DNA of 64,000 nucleotides from an uncultured Thermoplasmata archaeon (GTDB lineage Archaea; Thermoplasmatota; Thermoplasmata; UBA10834), in NCBI GenBank assembly GCA_964488505.1, contig CAZAUI010000003.1:30221-94220 (forward strand), read 5' to 3'. The translations under genes were made by a program, and so were the position numbers. Each line of letters starts with the position of its first letter. Positions within the stretch are counted from its first letter, which is position 1. A model generated the notes under the pieces. It was not told the DNA's origin, made no database searches, and worked only from the letters and a program-made list of their open reading frames with translations. Shown here piece by piece: positions 33,208 to 41,426 of this stretch.

Positions 33208-34719
33208 TCACTTCTGGGCGCCCTTGACTATCTTGTCCAGCCTGGTAGATATGTCCCTGTCCAGCATCACGGGCTGGTGGTTCTTCAGGATCCAGTCGGC
33301 CCTCTCCTTCGCGGCCGTGAGCTCGTCCTTCTTGCCCCTGGCCTCCCACTGGTCGTAGGATTCGCCGGAGAACACATCGGAGTGGAAGTACTGCCGGACC
33401 TCCTGCATGGTGGCCCTCTCGCCGAGGAAGTTGCCCTTCTTCTTGCCCATGCCGAGTATCCCGACCTCCTTGATCAGGTCGACATGCAGGGTCTCCTTGT
33501 TGACCGGTATCTCCCTGCCCCAGACGAGCCCCCTCGCGACGATGTCGTTGTCCAGCACCATCTGCTCGTATGACAGCACGGTGGAGCAATCGACCAGCCC
33601 TATCCCGTTGTTGACCTCCTGGGCCAGGAGCGTGCTTCCCAAGGCGATGAAGCTGTTCTCGATGCAGCTCTGCATGCCGGGGACCTTCGCGTTGGACCCT
33701 ATCCCCCCGCAGGCGGACGGCATCTTGACGAACTTGGCCATCTCATGGGCCATCGCGCAGAGCACATGCCCTTCGGGAGAGGAGAGCTGTATCGCGCCCG
33801 TCCTGGGGTCCACGTTCGACAGCACGGAGCCGTATATCGTAGGGGCCCCTTTCGAGCGGGCCTGTATGGCGCACGCGAGCGCGAGCGTCTCAGCGTGGTT
33901 CACGACTATGTCACCCGCGAGCGTAGCCGGCGCGCTGACGCCGGCCATGGCCATGCCGGTGATGTACACGGGCACATGCGCATCGGCCCAGACCATCGCG
34001 GCGTCGGTGGCGTTCCCGTCGAGTGTCAGAGGCGACATCGTGCACACCATGGCCGACATTATGTGCCTCTTCCTCAGCTCCTCGAGCCCGCCCACGATCT
34101 CGGAGGCCATCCTGACCTGAAGGCGCGCCTCCTCCGCCGTGGAGGTCGACTCGCTCTCGATGTGCTTCCTCGATATGTCAAAGGCCTCTTTCATCGCGAC
34201 GACCACGTGCGACTCCTCGGGTATGTCCGACGGGACGACCATCGGCTCGTAGATGCTGCAGTACGGGAGGTGGTCGGCGATGAGCGCGCTGTCCTTGATG
34301 TCCTGGAGCACCGCGAGCCTCCTGCTCTTGGTCTTCTGCTCCCAAACCGATATGCCGCACCCGTCCGTCGTGTAGTAGCAGTGCGTGCCGTCCAACGGGA
34401 GGTCGTACTCCTTCTCCCTCCCCGCCAGGACGATGCTCTCCGGCACTGTGGATCTCAACGAGTCAACCAGGCCTGCCGGGAACTTGACCACGCCCGTGGC
34501 CTCATCGGCCGTCGCGCCGGCGCCCTTGAGGGCGTCCCTCGCGGCCTTGCTGTGGATCCTGACGCCGACCGTCTCCATGACCTCGAGGGCCGCCTCATGT
34601 ATGGCCTTCTTGTCGTCGTCGCTCAGTATCCTAACCGGCTTCCTCACTCTGAACCTGTCCGAAAACGCTGTCATTTGGCAAACCCCCACCGGTCCTCCAA
34701 ACCGGGTTAGATGGGGCAT
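33208..34719 (-). CDS. MttB-superfamily (trimethylamine methyltransferase-like) protein without pyrrolysine codon
   Basis: ILSDDDKKAIHEAALEVMETVGVRIH, SPLTLDGNATDAAM, VPVYITGMAMAGVSAPATLAG and GIGSNAKVPG are MttB-family blocks as I recall them. The ORF is uninterrupted by TAG. Alternative start ATG 34674. Confidence 0.8.
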   Translation of the reverse strand: MPHLTRFGGPVGVCQMTAFSDRFRVRKPVRILSDDDKKAIHEAALEVMETVGVRIHSKAARDALKGAGATADEATGVVKFPAGLVDSLRSTVPESIVLAGREKEYDLPLDGTHCYYTTDGCGISVWEQKTKSRRLAVLQDIKDSALIADHLPYCSIYEPMVVPSDIPEESHVVVAMKEAFDISRKHIESESTSTAEEARLQVRMASEIVGGLEELRKRHIMSAMVCTMSPLTLDGNATDAAMVWADAHVPVYITGMAMAGVSAPATLAGDIVVNHAETLALACAIQARSKGAPTIYGSVLSNVDPRTGAIQLSSPEGHVLCAMAHEMAKFVKMPSACGGIGSNAKVPGMQSCIENSFIALGSTLLAQEVNNGIGLVDCSTVLSYEQMVLDNDIVARGLVWGREIPVNKETLHVDLIKEVGILGMGKKKGNFLGERATMQEVRQYFHSDVFSGESYDQWEARGKKDELTAAKERADWILKNHQPVMLDRDISTRLDKIVKGAQK

Positions 34720-34771
34720 CCCTCCGCCTTAGATAAGGCTTGCCGTTTTCCTGACCGTAGGGCTTAAGACA

Positions 34772-34786
34772 CCTTCGATTCGAAGG
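34772..34786. promoter_or_regulatory. Palindrome CCTTCGA-T-TCGAAGG upstream of the MttB-like gene
   Basis: 7-bp perfect arms, located 53-67 nt upstream of ATG 34719. Confidence 0.4.
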
Positions 34787-34874
34787 GGCTCTCGACACTC
34801 GGGACCCGTCGGAGGAGGAGCGCATGGCGCCCCCTGGTCGCATGCTCTCCGGTCTCGAAGTCGCATCCGACGCT

Positions 34875-36164
34875 TCAGCGGCCGGTCCAGACAGGCGCGG
34901 TCCACGCGGTGATCCCGGGCGCCTCGCCGTTCAGAGGCGACGCGGTCGTCACACGTACGTAGAAGTACCTCGCGTCTTCCGAGTCCAGCGTGATGGTCAG
35001 CTCGACGTACGCGCCGTCTGTGAACTCCGACGCGATCACGACCCCGTCGTCGGTGACGATCTCCACCAGCGTGACCTCGTCGAGCTCCGCCCCGTCCGGG
35101 TCCTCGATCCTTATCCAGGCGGTGTAGGTCCCGTCAGGGTCCGACAGGTTGGACCCCATGACGGCGTCGTCGAGAGTATACTCGATCCTCAGGTTCTTGT
35201 CGAGGGTCGCATAGCCCCTGCACGCGCTCATCGCGGCGTACAGGTCCTCCGGCGTGAGGCTCTCGGCGAGCAGGACGCTCCTCATCTCATGCCCTGCGAT
35301 CCAGTCGGAGTAGTGAGTGTCCGAGTTGGCCGAGGGCATCAGGTGCCAGCCAGCGTCCAGCGCCTTCTGGTAGCTCAGGTCGTAGTACTCCTCGTTGTAC
35401 GCCTCTATGACGCACATCGCGGTGTCCCTTGTCTCGTCGTAGAAGTCGTAGTCCATGAAGTCCTCGCTGACGTACAGCGGGTGGTTGAACTGTCCGATGA
35501 CGCCAGGCATGGATGAGAGCCAATCGTAGAAGCTCGGCAGCCGGTCGAATCGGTTCCCGAGGGTCTCCCTGGGCGGGAGCTCCTCCGTGTTGTACACGTT
35601 TATCTCCCCGCAGTTCGCGAGCAGCCATGCCTCGTACCCGGGCATCGCCACGAACGTGTCGGATGTGTAGTACGCCGCCGCGGCCAGGGTGTCGGCCCAC
35701 TCGGCCTCGTCGAGCACGAACGCGTCGTACGCGTTCCATATCTGCAGATGGTCCGTCGTCGCCATGAAGTCCGCCCCTCCCGCTATGGCGGCTTCGAAGG
35801 CGTCCCAGGGCGTGCTCTCGGCGTCGTAGGCGTCCGAGTAGCCCGTGTGGGTGTGCAGGTCCCCGAAATACAGGTTGTACGCGGACGTTCCGTCGTCGCC
35901 GTTGTTCGGGCCCTTCGCCGAAGACGCCTGCCCGCCCAGGAACGGTATGCTCAGAACAAAGATCAACAATAGGCACAGAATCTTCGATAGACCTCCAGGT
36001 ACTGCGAGGATCTCTGACTCCCCCCTTTCCTCAGGTCCGTGGATGCGTTTGTCGAGTATATCTAGGTCACTGCCACGGGGTAGCAGGGCGCACGCCTCGC
36101 GTACGTCGAATCGGATAAATGCATCAGTGCCCGATGAGGTCTGCGTCATGCGTATCTGGGACAT
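34875..36164 (-). CDS. Secreted PHP-domain (CehA/McbA-like) metallohydrolase, paralog 1
   Basis: YNLYFGDLHTHTGYSDA, ADFMATTDH, FNHP, NSDTHY metal-binding blocks. Signal/anchor ILCLLLIFVLSIPFLGG. C-terminal beta-domain ends ITAWTAPVWTGR. Confidence 0.7.
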   Translation of the reverse strand: MSQIRMTQTSSGTDAFIRFDVREACALLPRGSDLDILDKRIHGPEERGESEILAVPGGLSKILCLLLIFVLSIPFLGGQASSAKGPNNGDDGTSAYNLYFGDLHTHTGYSDAYDAESTPWDAFEAAIAGGADFMATTDHLQIWNAYDAFVLDEAEWADTLAAAAYYTSDTFVAMPGYEAWLLANCGEINVYNTEELPPRETLGNRFDRLPSFYDWLSSMPGVIGQFNHPLYVSEDFMDYDFYDETRDTAMCVIEAYNEEYYDLSYQKALDAGWHLMPSANSDTHYSDWIAGHEMRSVLLAESLTPEDLYAAMSACRGYATLDKNLRIEYTLDDAVMGSNLSDPDGTYTAWIRIEDPDGAELDEVTLVEIVTDDGVVIASEFTDGAYVELTITLDSEDARYFYVRVTTASPLNGEAPGITAWTAPVWTGR

Positions 36165-36504
36165 CCCCGTCGGATGCCTGTGCCGGAACCACCTGCTCGC
36201 GGAGCATCGGGAGCTTCACGCGATATGGAACATCGTCCTACTCGGGAAGCGAGGATATTCCCGGCATCCCGAGGTGCTCCGCTGGCACGGCAGGCTGGGG
36301 GCGCTCTGGAAGAGGCACGAGGCCCAGGTCGTCGAGATGGGGAGGCGCGGATACGCCCACATGTCCCCTCTGAGGCTGGAGGACCTTCCGGAATGCCACA
36401 GGGGCTCGCGCCAGACCGTACTCATCGAGCCGCTCGAGTCGCAGAGGCGGAAGTTGAGGGGAAAGGGCTGCTCGTGCAGGCCGGGGCCTGAAGAACAGGG
36501 CTGA
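36148..36504 (+). CDS. Pyrimidine-dimer DNA glycosylase (T4 endonuclease V / Pyr_excise family)-like protein
   Basis: MRIWDIPVGCLCRNHLLAEHRELHAIW parallels the L..QHL.AEYRELP catalytic region of endo V. 118 aa. The start overlaps the divergent PHP gene start by 17 nt. Confidence 0.6.
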   Translation: MRIWDIPVGCLCRNHLLAEHRELHAIWNIVLLGKRGYSRHPEVLRWHGRLGALWKRHEAQVVEMGRRGYAHMSPLRLEDLPECHRGSRQTVLIEPLESQRRKLRGKGCSCRPGPEEQG

Positions 36505-36554
36505 CAGCTGAGGCGCGAGATATTTGTACCTCGGCGTGAGGTACACGTACTGCC

Positions 36555-36938
36555 ATGGAAAGGAAGAGGGTCCTTCTGTCGCTGGTCGTGCTGTTCTCGG
36601 CGCTCTACTACGTCGTCCGGATCGCGATCTTCTATGCGGGCGTCTCGGGCGACATGGCCTTCGAGGAGGAGCAGTCCGACCTCGTCGAGGGCTTCGTGCT
36701 GTACAGCTTCCTGGGCATAGGCGTCTCGGGCCTCGCCCTGCTCCCCGGGGTGTACATGATGCGCCTCTGGGGCCTCTGGGGGACGGTCGTGGTCAGCGCG
36801 TACACGGTCGTCTTCGACCTGTGGGCGCTCGTGGCGGTGCAGTCGTCTGCGGCCGCCGGGATCGTCCCCGCGCTCGTCATCATGGGCTACCTCCTGCTCA
36901 CCAGGCGGGACTTCTCGCGTGTCAGTGCTGGCGGGTGA
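36555..36938 (+). CDS. Small membrane protein (4 TM), unknown function
   Basis: 127 aa, hydrophobic helices, host-like codon usage. Confidence 0.5.
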   Translation: MERKRVLLSLVVLFSALYYVVRIAIFYAGVSGDMAFEEEQSDLVEGFVLYSFLGIGVSGLALLPGVYMMRLWGLWGTVVVSAYTVVFDLWALVAVQSSAAAGIVPALVIMGYLLLTRRDFSRVSAGG

Positions 36939-37348
36939 AGCAGGAACTGCTGTACTGGACCCTGGGCCTCTGGGGCCTGTTAGTGGTATCCGCCATCCTG
37001 AACGCCATGCTCAGGCAGGGCGTCCTGATACCCGCCCTCGGAGAGAGCGCTGGACGGGCCATGAGCTCGGTCACGCTATCGGGCGCGATATTGGCGATGG
37101 CCTACCTCTTCCTGAACTGGTCGGACATTGAACGCTCGGCCTCGGACTTGTGGTTGATGGGCGTCATATGGGTCGTGCTGACGGTCCTGTTCGAGTTCGG
37201 GTTCGGGCACTATGTGATGGGCAACTCCTGGGACACGCTTCTGTCAGACTACAACGTGTTCGAGGGGAGGATATGGGTGCTCGTGCTCGTCACTGCGCTC
37301 CTGTCGCCGTACCTGATGGGCTCCCTGGCCGAGAGGCTCGGCGCCTGA
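36935..37348 (+). CDS. Small membrane protein (4 TM), unknown function
   Basis: GTG start overlapping the previous stop (GTGA). VKQELLYWTLGLWGLLVVSAILNAML.... It is the plausible part of ORF 36524..37348. Confidence 0.5.
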   Translation: MKQELLYWTLGLWGLLVVSAILNAMLRQGVLIPALGESAGRAMSSVTLSGAILAMAYLFLNWSDIERSASDLWLMGVIWVVLTVLFEFGFGHYVMGNSWDTLLSDYNVFEGRIWVLVLVTALLSPYLMGSLAERLGA

Positions 37349-37362
37349 ACCTGGCGTGACCC

Positions 37363-37845
37363 TCAGTCGCTGATCCTCGTGTACGCCCTCACCGAAGGCC
37401 TCATGACCAGGACGAGTATTCCCAGCCCGAGCAACGTGATGCCCAGCTGCATCGCCCCGCCTATCCCTGTCAGGATGCCAACGAAGATGGCCTCTGCCAG
37501 TATCCACAGCAGCATGATGATGCCGAGCGCGGCAGTCGCGGTCCAGGCCCAGTTCTGCCCCGTCCACTTGTTGACGGGGTCGGTCCAGCGCCACCTCTTC
37601 ATCGCAATCAGACCCCAAGCCGCGAGCGCGGGCAGGACGCCGTAGAACGCCACGAAGAACAGACCGACGAGCGTGAAGTCCCCGACCGGCGCGTCCTCGA
37701 GGAGGTCGATCGGGAGCCCGAGGCCCTCCCCCGAGGGCGATGCGAGCAGCCCATAGCCGCTCATGAACCCCACGAAGGCGAACACGATCATGATGACGAC
37801 CAGCGCTTTGAGCGCGCCGGGCCTCTCACCTGCCATCGGACGCAC
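37363..37845 (-). CDS. Membrane protein (4 TM), unknown function
   Basis: 160 aa with Trp-rich loops (KRWRWTDPVNKWTGQNWAW). Confidence 0.5.
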   Translation of the reverse strand: MRPMAGERPGALKALVVIMIVFAFVGFMSGYGLLASPSGEGLGLPIDLLEDAPVGDFTLVGLFFVAFYGVLPALAAWGLIAMKRWRWTDPVNKWTGQNWAWTATAALGIIMLLWILAEAIFVGILTGIGGAMQLGITLLGLGILVLVMRPSVRAYTRISD

Positions 37846-38503
37846 CTCCGTTCATCATGTGTCCTCCGTAGGCGGTCACCCAGACGAGGACGGGGTATGC
37901 GATCCATCTCTCGACGCCGCCCTCGCCCATCTCCAAGAGGGGGCTCGAGTCCCCGAGCGCGAAGTACTGCAGCAGGGTGAACAGGGATATGGCTCCCAGG
38001 ATGGCGGACATGTGCTTGAACGGCGCGCCTGCGACCTTGAATGTCATGATCGCTGCGACGGCGCCAGCCACGAAAGTCGTCATGGCGAAGAGGGCATGAA
38101 TGGCCCCCCAGCTGCCGTTGAATATGCCCACGCCGAGCACGCCCAGCCCGAACAGCCCTAGGGGCGCCGCGAACGTGTTCGGGGCGTTGGACTTGTGCAC
38201 GAGCCAAGTGGCCACGAGCACCATCAGGCCGGTGGCCATCATCGCACCTGAGAAGATGTTGGACGAAGGCTGGAGGATGATGCTGTCCGGGGGTTCGGTG
38301 GCCCCGAGGTCGCTTATCATGTTCTCCGAGGTGCTGTACCCCGGGTACAGCGTCTCCGCCGTGATGATGCCCATGAGGGCGATTGCTCCCGCGGCGAGGA
38401 GGAGCGCGCCTGCGAACTGCGGCGCCTTATCCGACGTGCAGCTGAGTATCCTCAAGATGACTGGGCACTTTGCGCGGGCCTTCATGAGTCTCAGAACCGG
38501 CAA
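37826..38503 (-). CDS. DUF998-like membrane protein
   Basis: GIITAETLYPGYSTSENMISDLG plus 6 TM matches my recollection of DUF998. Confidence 0.5.
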   Translation of the reverse strand: MPVLRLMKARAKCPVILRILSCTSDKAPQFAGALLLAAGAIALMGIITAETLYPGYSTSENMISDLGATEPPDSIILQPSSNIFSGAMMATGLMVLVATWLVHKSNAPNTFAAPLGLFGLGVLGVGIFNGSWGAIHALFAMTTFVAGAVAAIMTFKVAGAPFKHMSAILGAISLFTLLQYFALGDSSPLLEMGEGGVERWIAYPVLVWVTAYGGHMMNGGASDGR

Positions 38504-38539
38504 CTCCGGAGGACGTATATCGCGGTGGCGACGTACATC

Positions 38540-39769
38540 TCATCTGCGCGGGCCCTTCCGCGCCCTTCTGTACGCGAGGGCGCCTCCAGATGCCAGTGCC
38601 GCTACCAGTCCCGAAACAATCGCCACGAACAGAAGATCCTGACTCTCGTCTGCCGGGACGGTCGCAGTCGCGACATCTGACAGGTCGCTCGTGCCCACCG
38701 AGTTCCTCGCCGCGACCCAGTAGTAGTACGTGTGCCCTGCCTCGGCGGACCCGTCCGTCCACTTCAGTGTGATGCTCGACACCGTCGCGACCTTGGCCCT
38801 GCTGTCCGTCGTGTTGCCCCTGTAGATGATGTACTCGATGATCGAGGCGCCCCCGTCGTCCAGGGGTATGCCCCATATCAGCACGACGGCTCCGTCCTCC
38901 AGGTACGTCTCCGGGCGAGCCGGCTCCGTCGGTGCGGTCGGTTCGGGCTCCGGCTCGGGAACAGGGTCTGGTTCCGGCTCCGGCTCCTCCGGGGGCTCGT
39001 ACCCCGCCTCGAACATCAGGTTGTTGATCGCGGACGCGACCGCGGACACCGCCGCGTGCAGCGACGCCATCGCGCTGTCCTCGAACACCCCGTCGTACCA
39101 GTCGTAGTTGGAGTCCATCCAGATGTTGGGCATGATGTCCCCGGCGCCGAACGTGATGTCGTGGGCGAGCCCGAGGGCGGCGTCGTACGCGGTCGAGTTG
39201 CCCAATGGGATGCCCGAGGGCAGGACGAGCGAGTCCAGCCGGTCCTCGAACTCCTCCTCGTAGTCCGCGTGATGCACCTCCGCTCCCCAGTCCGTGTACG
39301 CGCCCATGGTGTGCCCGAACACGCCCATGTCGGATACGTAGTGCGTCATCGCGCCGATGTAGTATGCAGCCACTGAGAAGTCGCCTGCTTCCAGCCGGTC
39401 TAGCGCGGCGATGTACATGGCGTCCGCGCGCTCCGCGCCGGAATCGTCCTGGAGGGCTCCGGAGGAATAGTAGTAGATGTGGTGATAGGTCGAGTCTCCG
39501 ATGAACTCGGGGTTGTCGGGCGCCTCCGTCCCGACGAGGTAGTCCGTGTGATAGGTCCCTTCGAGGAAGGACACATCGTATGTCTGAAGCGTCAGCGCCA
39601 TGTCCGCGATCCAGTCGTGGGTGCCGTAGTCCGGGTTCTCAAGGTCCGCCGAGTATCCTCCGTTGCTCCAGGCGGACGCGCCCATAGGCGCGCATGCGCT
39701 GGCGCACAGGACCGCGATTATCAGAACGAGCGCTCGGCACGGACCAGTCATCCAGGGACAGGAACGCAT
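38540..39769 (-). CDS. Secreted zinc phospholipase C / P1-nuclease-superfamily hydrolase fused to EP linker, FN3 domain and C-terminal TM anchor
   Basis: Predicted signal cleavage leaves an N-terminal Trp (GASA/WSNGG), as in PLC and P1 nuclease. Zinc-ligand blocks THDWIA, HHIYY, MTHYVSDMGVFGHT and HHADYEEEF. EPPEEPEPEPDPVPEPEPEP linker. FN3-like (IIEYIIYRG...YYYWVAARNSVG). TM tail. Confidence 0.65.
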   Translation of the reverse strand: MRSCPWMTGPCRALVLIIAVLCASACAPMGASAWSNGGYSADLENPDYGTHDWIADMALTLQTYDVSFLEGTYHTDYLVGTEAPDNPEFIGDSTYHHIYYYSSGALQDDSGAERADAMYIAALDRLEAGDFSVAAYYIGAMTHYVSDMGVFGHTMGAYTDWGAEVHHADYEEEFEDRLDSLVLPSGIPLGNSTAYDAALGLAHDITFGAGDIMPNIWMDSNYDWYDGVFEDSAMASLHAAVSAVASAINNLMFEAGYEPPEEPEPEPDPVPEPEPEPTAPTEPARPETYLEDGAVVLIWGIPLDDGGASIIEYIIYRGNTTDSRAKVATVSSITLKWTDGSAEAGHTYYYWVAARNSVGTSDLSDVATATVPADESQDLLFVAIVSGLVAALASGGALAYRRARKGPRR

Positions 39770-39816
39770 CAGCTGCTCAAGGCATTTTCGCAGGGAGGCC
39801 CGCGGAAGTGGTCCAT

Positions 39817-40701
39817 CTATCGGACGGTGAACTGCCGGGTGTCGACCCAGTCCTGCTTCAGCATGGACCAGAAGTCTGCGGACAGGTCCTTCAGGATGTA
39901 GTCGTACGGGAGCCAGCCGTAACCTTCGGCCCCCCAGCCCTTCCCCCAGGAGTTCCTTATGAGCAGGGCGCCCTCCGTCGGCTCGTCAGAGTCAGCGTTC
40001 CTGACCTCCATCCGATCGTCGTATCCGACGGCGACGAGCGCGTGCCCTCCCAGGACCCTGTCGCTCATCGTGGGGAACGGTATCTTGCCCGTCGCCCCGG
40101 CCTGGGATATCGAGTCGTACACCGTGAACCCGAACATCGCCGGTATCCCGGCCGCGAGCGACTTACGGACGCTCTCCAGGACCTCCGCCTTCGACATGTC
40201 CGCGGGGTCGTGCCTGAAGTATCTGATGCCCCGGTAGCTCTCGGCGAACGAGTAGCAGAACGCGCTCGGCTCAAGGTCGAACCCGGGGTCCCTGTCGGTG
40301 TAAGGCCAATATTTCTCGGGAGGCACGCCGAACAGCACAAGGGCGCCCATCGTGGACCGAATGTACGCCCCGCTGTCGCCCTGGAGCTGCGCGAGGTTCC
40401 GGGTCACCTTGTACAGGAACAGCCTCGAGGCGTCCAGGTGCCTTCCGAACGCCCGGTTCTCGCAGTACTCGACTATGCCCACGCCAGCGTTCGCCGTGCA
40501 CGAGCCGATGCCTCCCTGGTCCTCGACCGCGGGACACCACCTGCGCAGGTCCGCGGACGACGGGATCGTCGTGTCGTCGGCCTCCGAGATGCCCACAGGC
40601 GAGACGAGTGCCCGGATCTCCTCCCGTCCGAGGAGTTCCTTGCTCTCGAAAGTGTAGTCCCTTATGTCGGGATAGTCAGGGAGCCAACCCATGCCTTGCA
40701 T
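39817..40701 (-). CDS. Papain-family (C1) cysteine peptidase without recognisable signal peptide
   Basis: Catalytic blocks QGGIGSCTANA (Cys), GGHALVAVGYDD (His), IRNSWGKGWGAEGYGW (Asn). Confidence 0.8.
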   Translation of the reverse strand: MQGMGWLPDYPDIRDYTFESKELLGREEIRALVSPVGISEADDTTIPSSADLRRWCPAVEDQGGIGSCTANAGVGIVEYCENRAFGRHLDASRLFLYKVTRNLAQLQGDSGAYIRSTMGALVLFGVPPEKYWPYTDRDPGFDLEPSAFCYSFAESYRGIRYFRHDPADMSKAEVLESVRKSLAAGIPAMFGFTVYDSISQAGATGKIPFPTMSDRVLGGHALVAVGYDDRMEVRNADSDEPTEGALLIRNSWGKGWGAEGYGWLPYDYILKDLSADFWSMLKQDWVDTRQFTVR

Positions 40702-40834
40702 GATGATGTCGACCGGATGCCGGGGTCTTCAGACTTCGTGCTACATGTAGCATCCCACGGCGGGACTGGTCGGATCGGCGCATCGTCCATGAGATGATAT
40801 GTCGTGACAGTCATGTCCTGACGGATGGGAACGT

Positions 40835-41404
40835 ATGCAAAGGAGGCACATGTTCGCCCTGAGGAGACCGAGGCTGTTCATATTCGAGTGCATACCGAAG
40901 TCTGACGAGTACGAGGAGGGCGAGGTGCTGTTCAGGTTCCTCGAGATGACGGACCCGAAGTACATCGCCATCAAGGAGTTCACGGCCAAGAAGGAGTTCC
41001 TCGGCTACCTCCGCCGCAGGAGGAACCTAGAGGAGTTCGACTTCGTCCACCTGTCAGGCCACGGGGCGCCCGACCGGTGCGCCTTCGAGCTGCCGTTCGG
41101 TTATGTCGGACCCGACGAGTTCCCCCGCGGGTGCTTCGAAGACAAGAGGGTCGCGCTCTCCGCGTGCGGGATGTCGAAGAGGGACTTCGTCGAGCCCTTC
41201 ATGGAGAACACGGGCGCGAAGGCGGTGATTGCCCCGAGGAAGGATGTGAACTTCGACGATGCGGCCATCTGGTACCTGAACTACTACTACCTGATGCTCC
41301 ACCACAGGTTCACATCGGTCGGGGCGTTCGACCGTGTGAACAACATCCTGTGCTACGGTCCCAGGCGGGGCAGGGTCAAAGGCGGGTTCGAACACTGGTC
41401 CTGA
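40835..41404 (+). CDS. Stand-alone minimal CHAT/caspase-like (clan CD-like) domain protein
   Basis: RLFIFECI strand, FDFVHLSGHG (His-Gly), about 34 aa, KRVALSACG (Cys), then GAKAVIAPRKDVNFDDAAIWYLNYYYLML resembling the CHAT C-terminal consensus. Alternative start ATG 40850, which lies behind AGGAGG. Confidence 0.5.
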   Translation: MQRRHMFALRRPRLFIFECIPKSDEYEEGEVLFRFLEMTDPKYIAIKEFTAKKEFLGYLRRRRNLEEFDFVHLSGHGAPDRCAFELPFGYVGPDEFPRGCFEDKRVALSACGMSKRDFVEPFMENTGAKAVIAPRKDVNFDDAAIWYLNYYYLMLHHRFTSVGAFDRVNNILCYGPRRGRVKGGFEHWS

Positions 41405-41426
41405 GGCGCGCAGGGAGGGTCGGCCG

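Noticed and set aside
33208-34719. Possibility that the MttB-like gene is a genuine pyrrolysine-containing TMA methyltransferase.
   Set aside because: The ORF is continuous with no in-frame TAG. No pyl genes or corrinoid partners are visible. It is therefore treated as a non-Pyl superfamily member.
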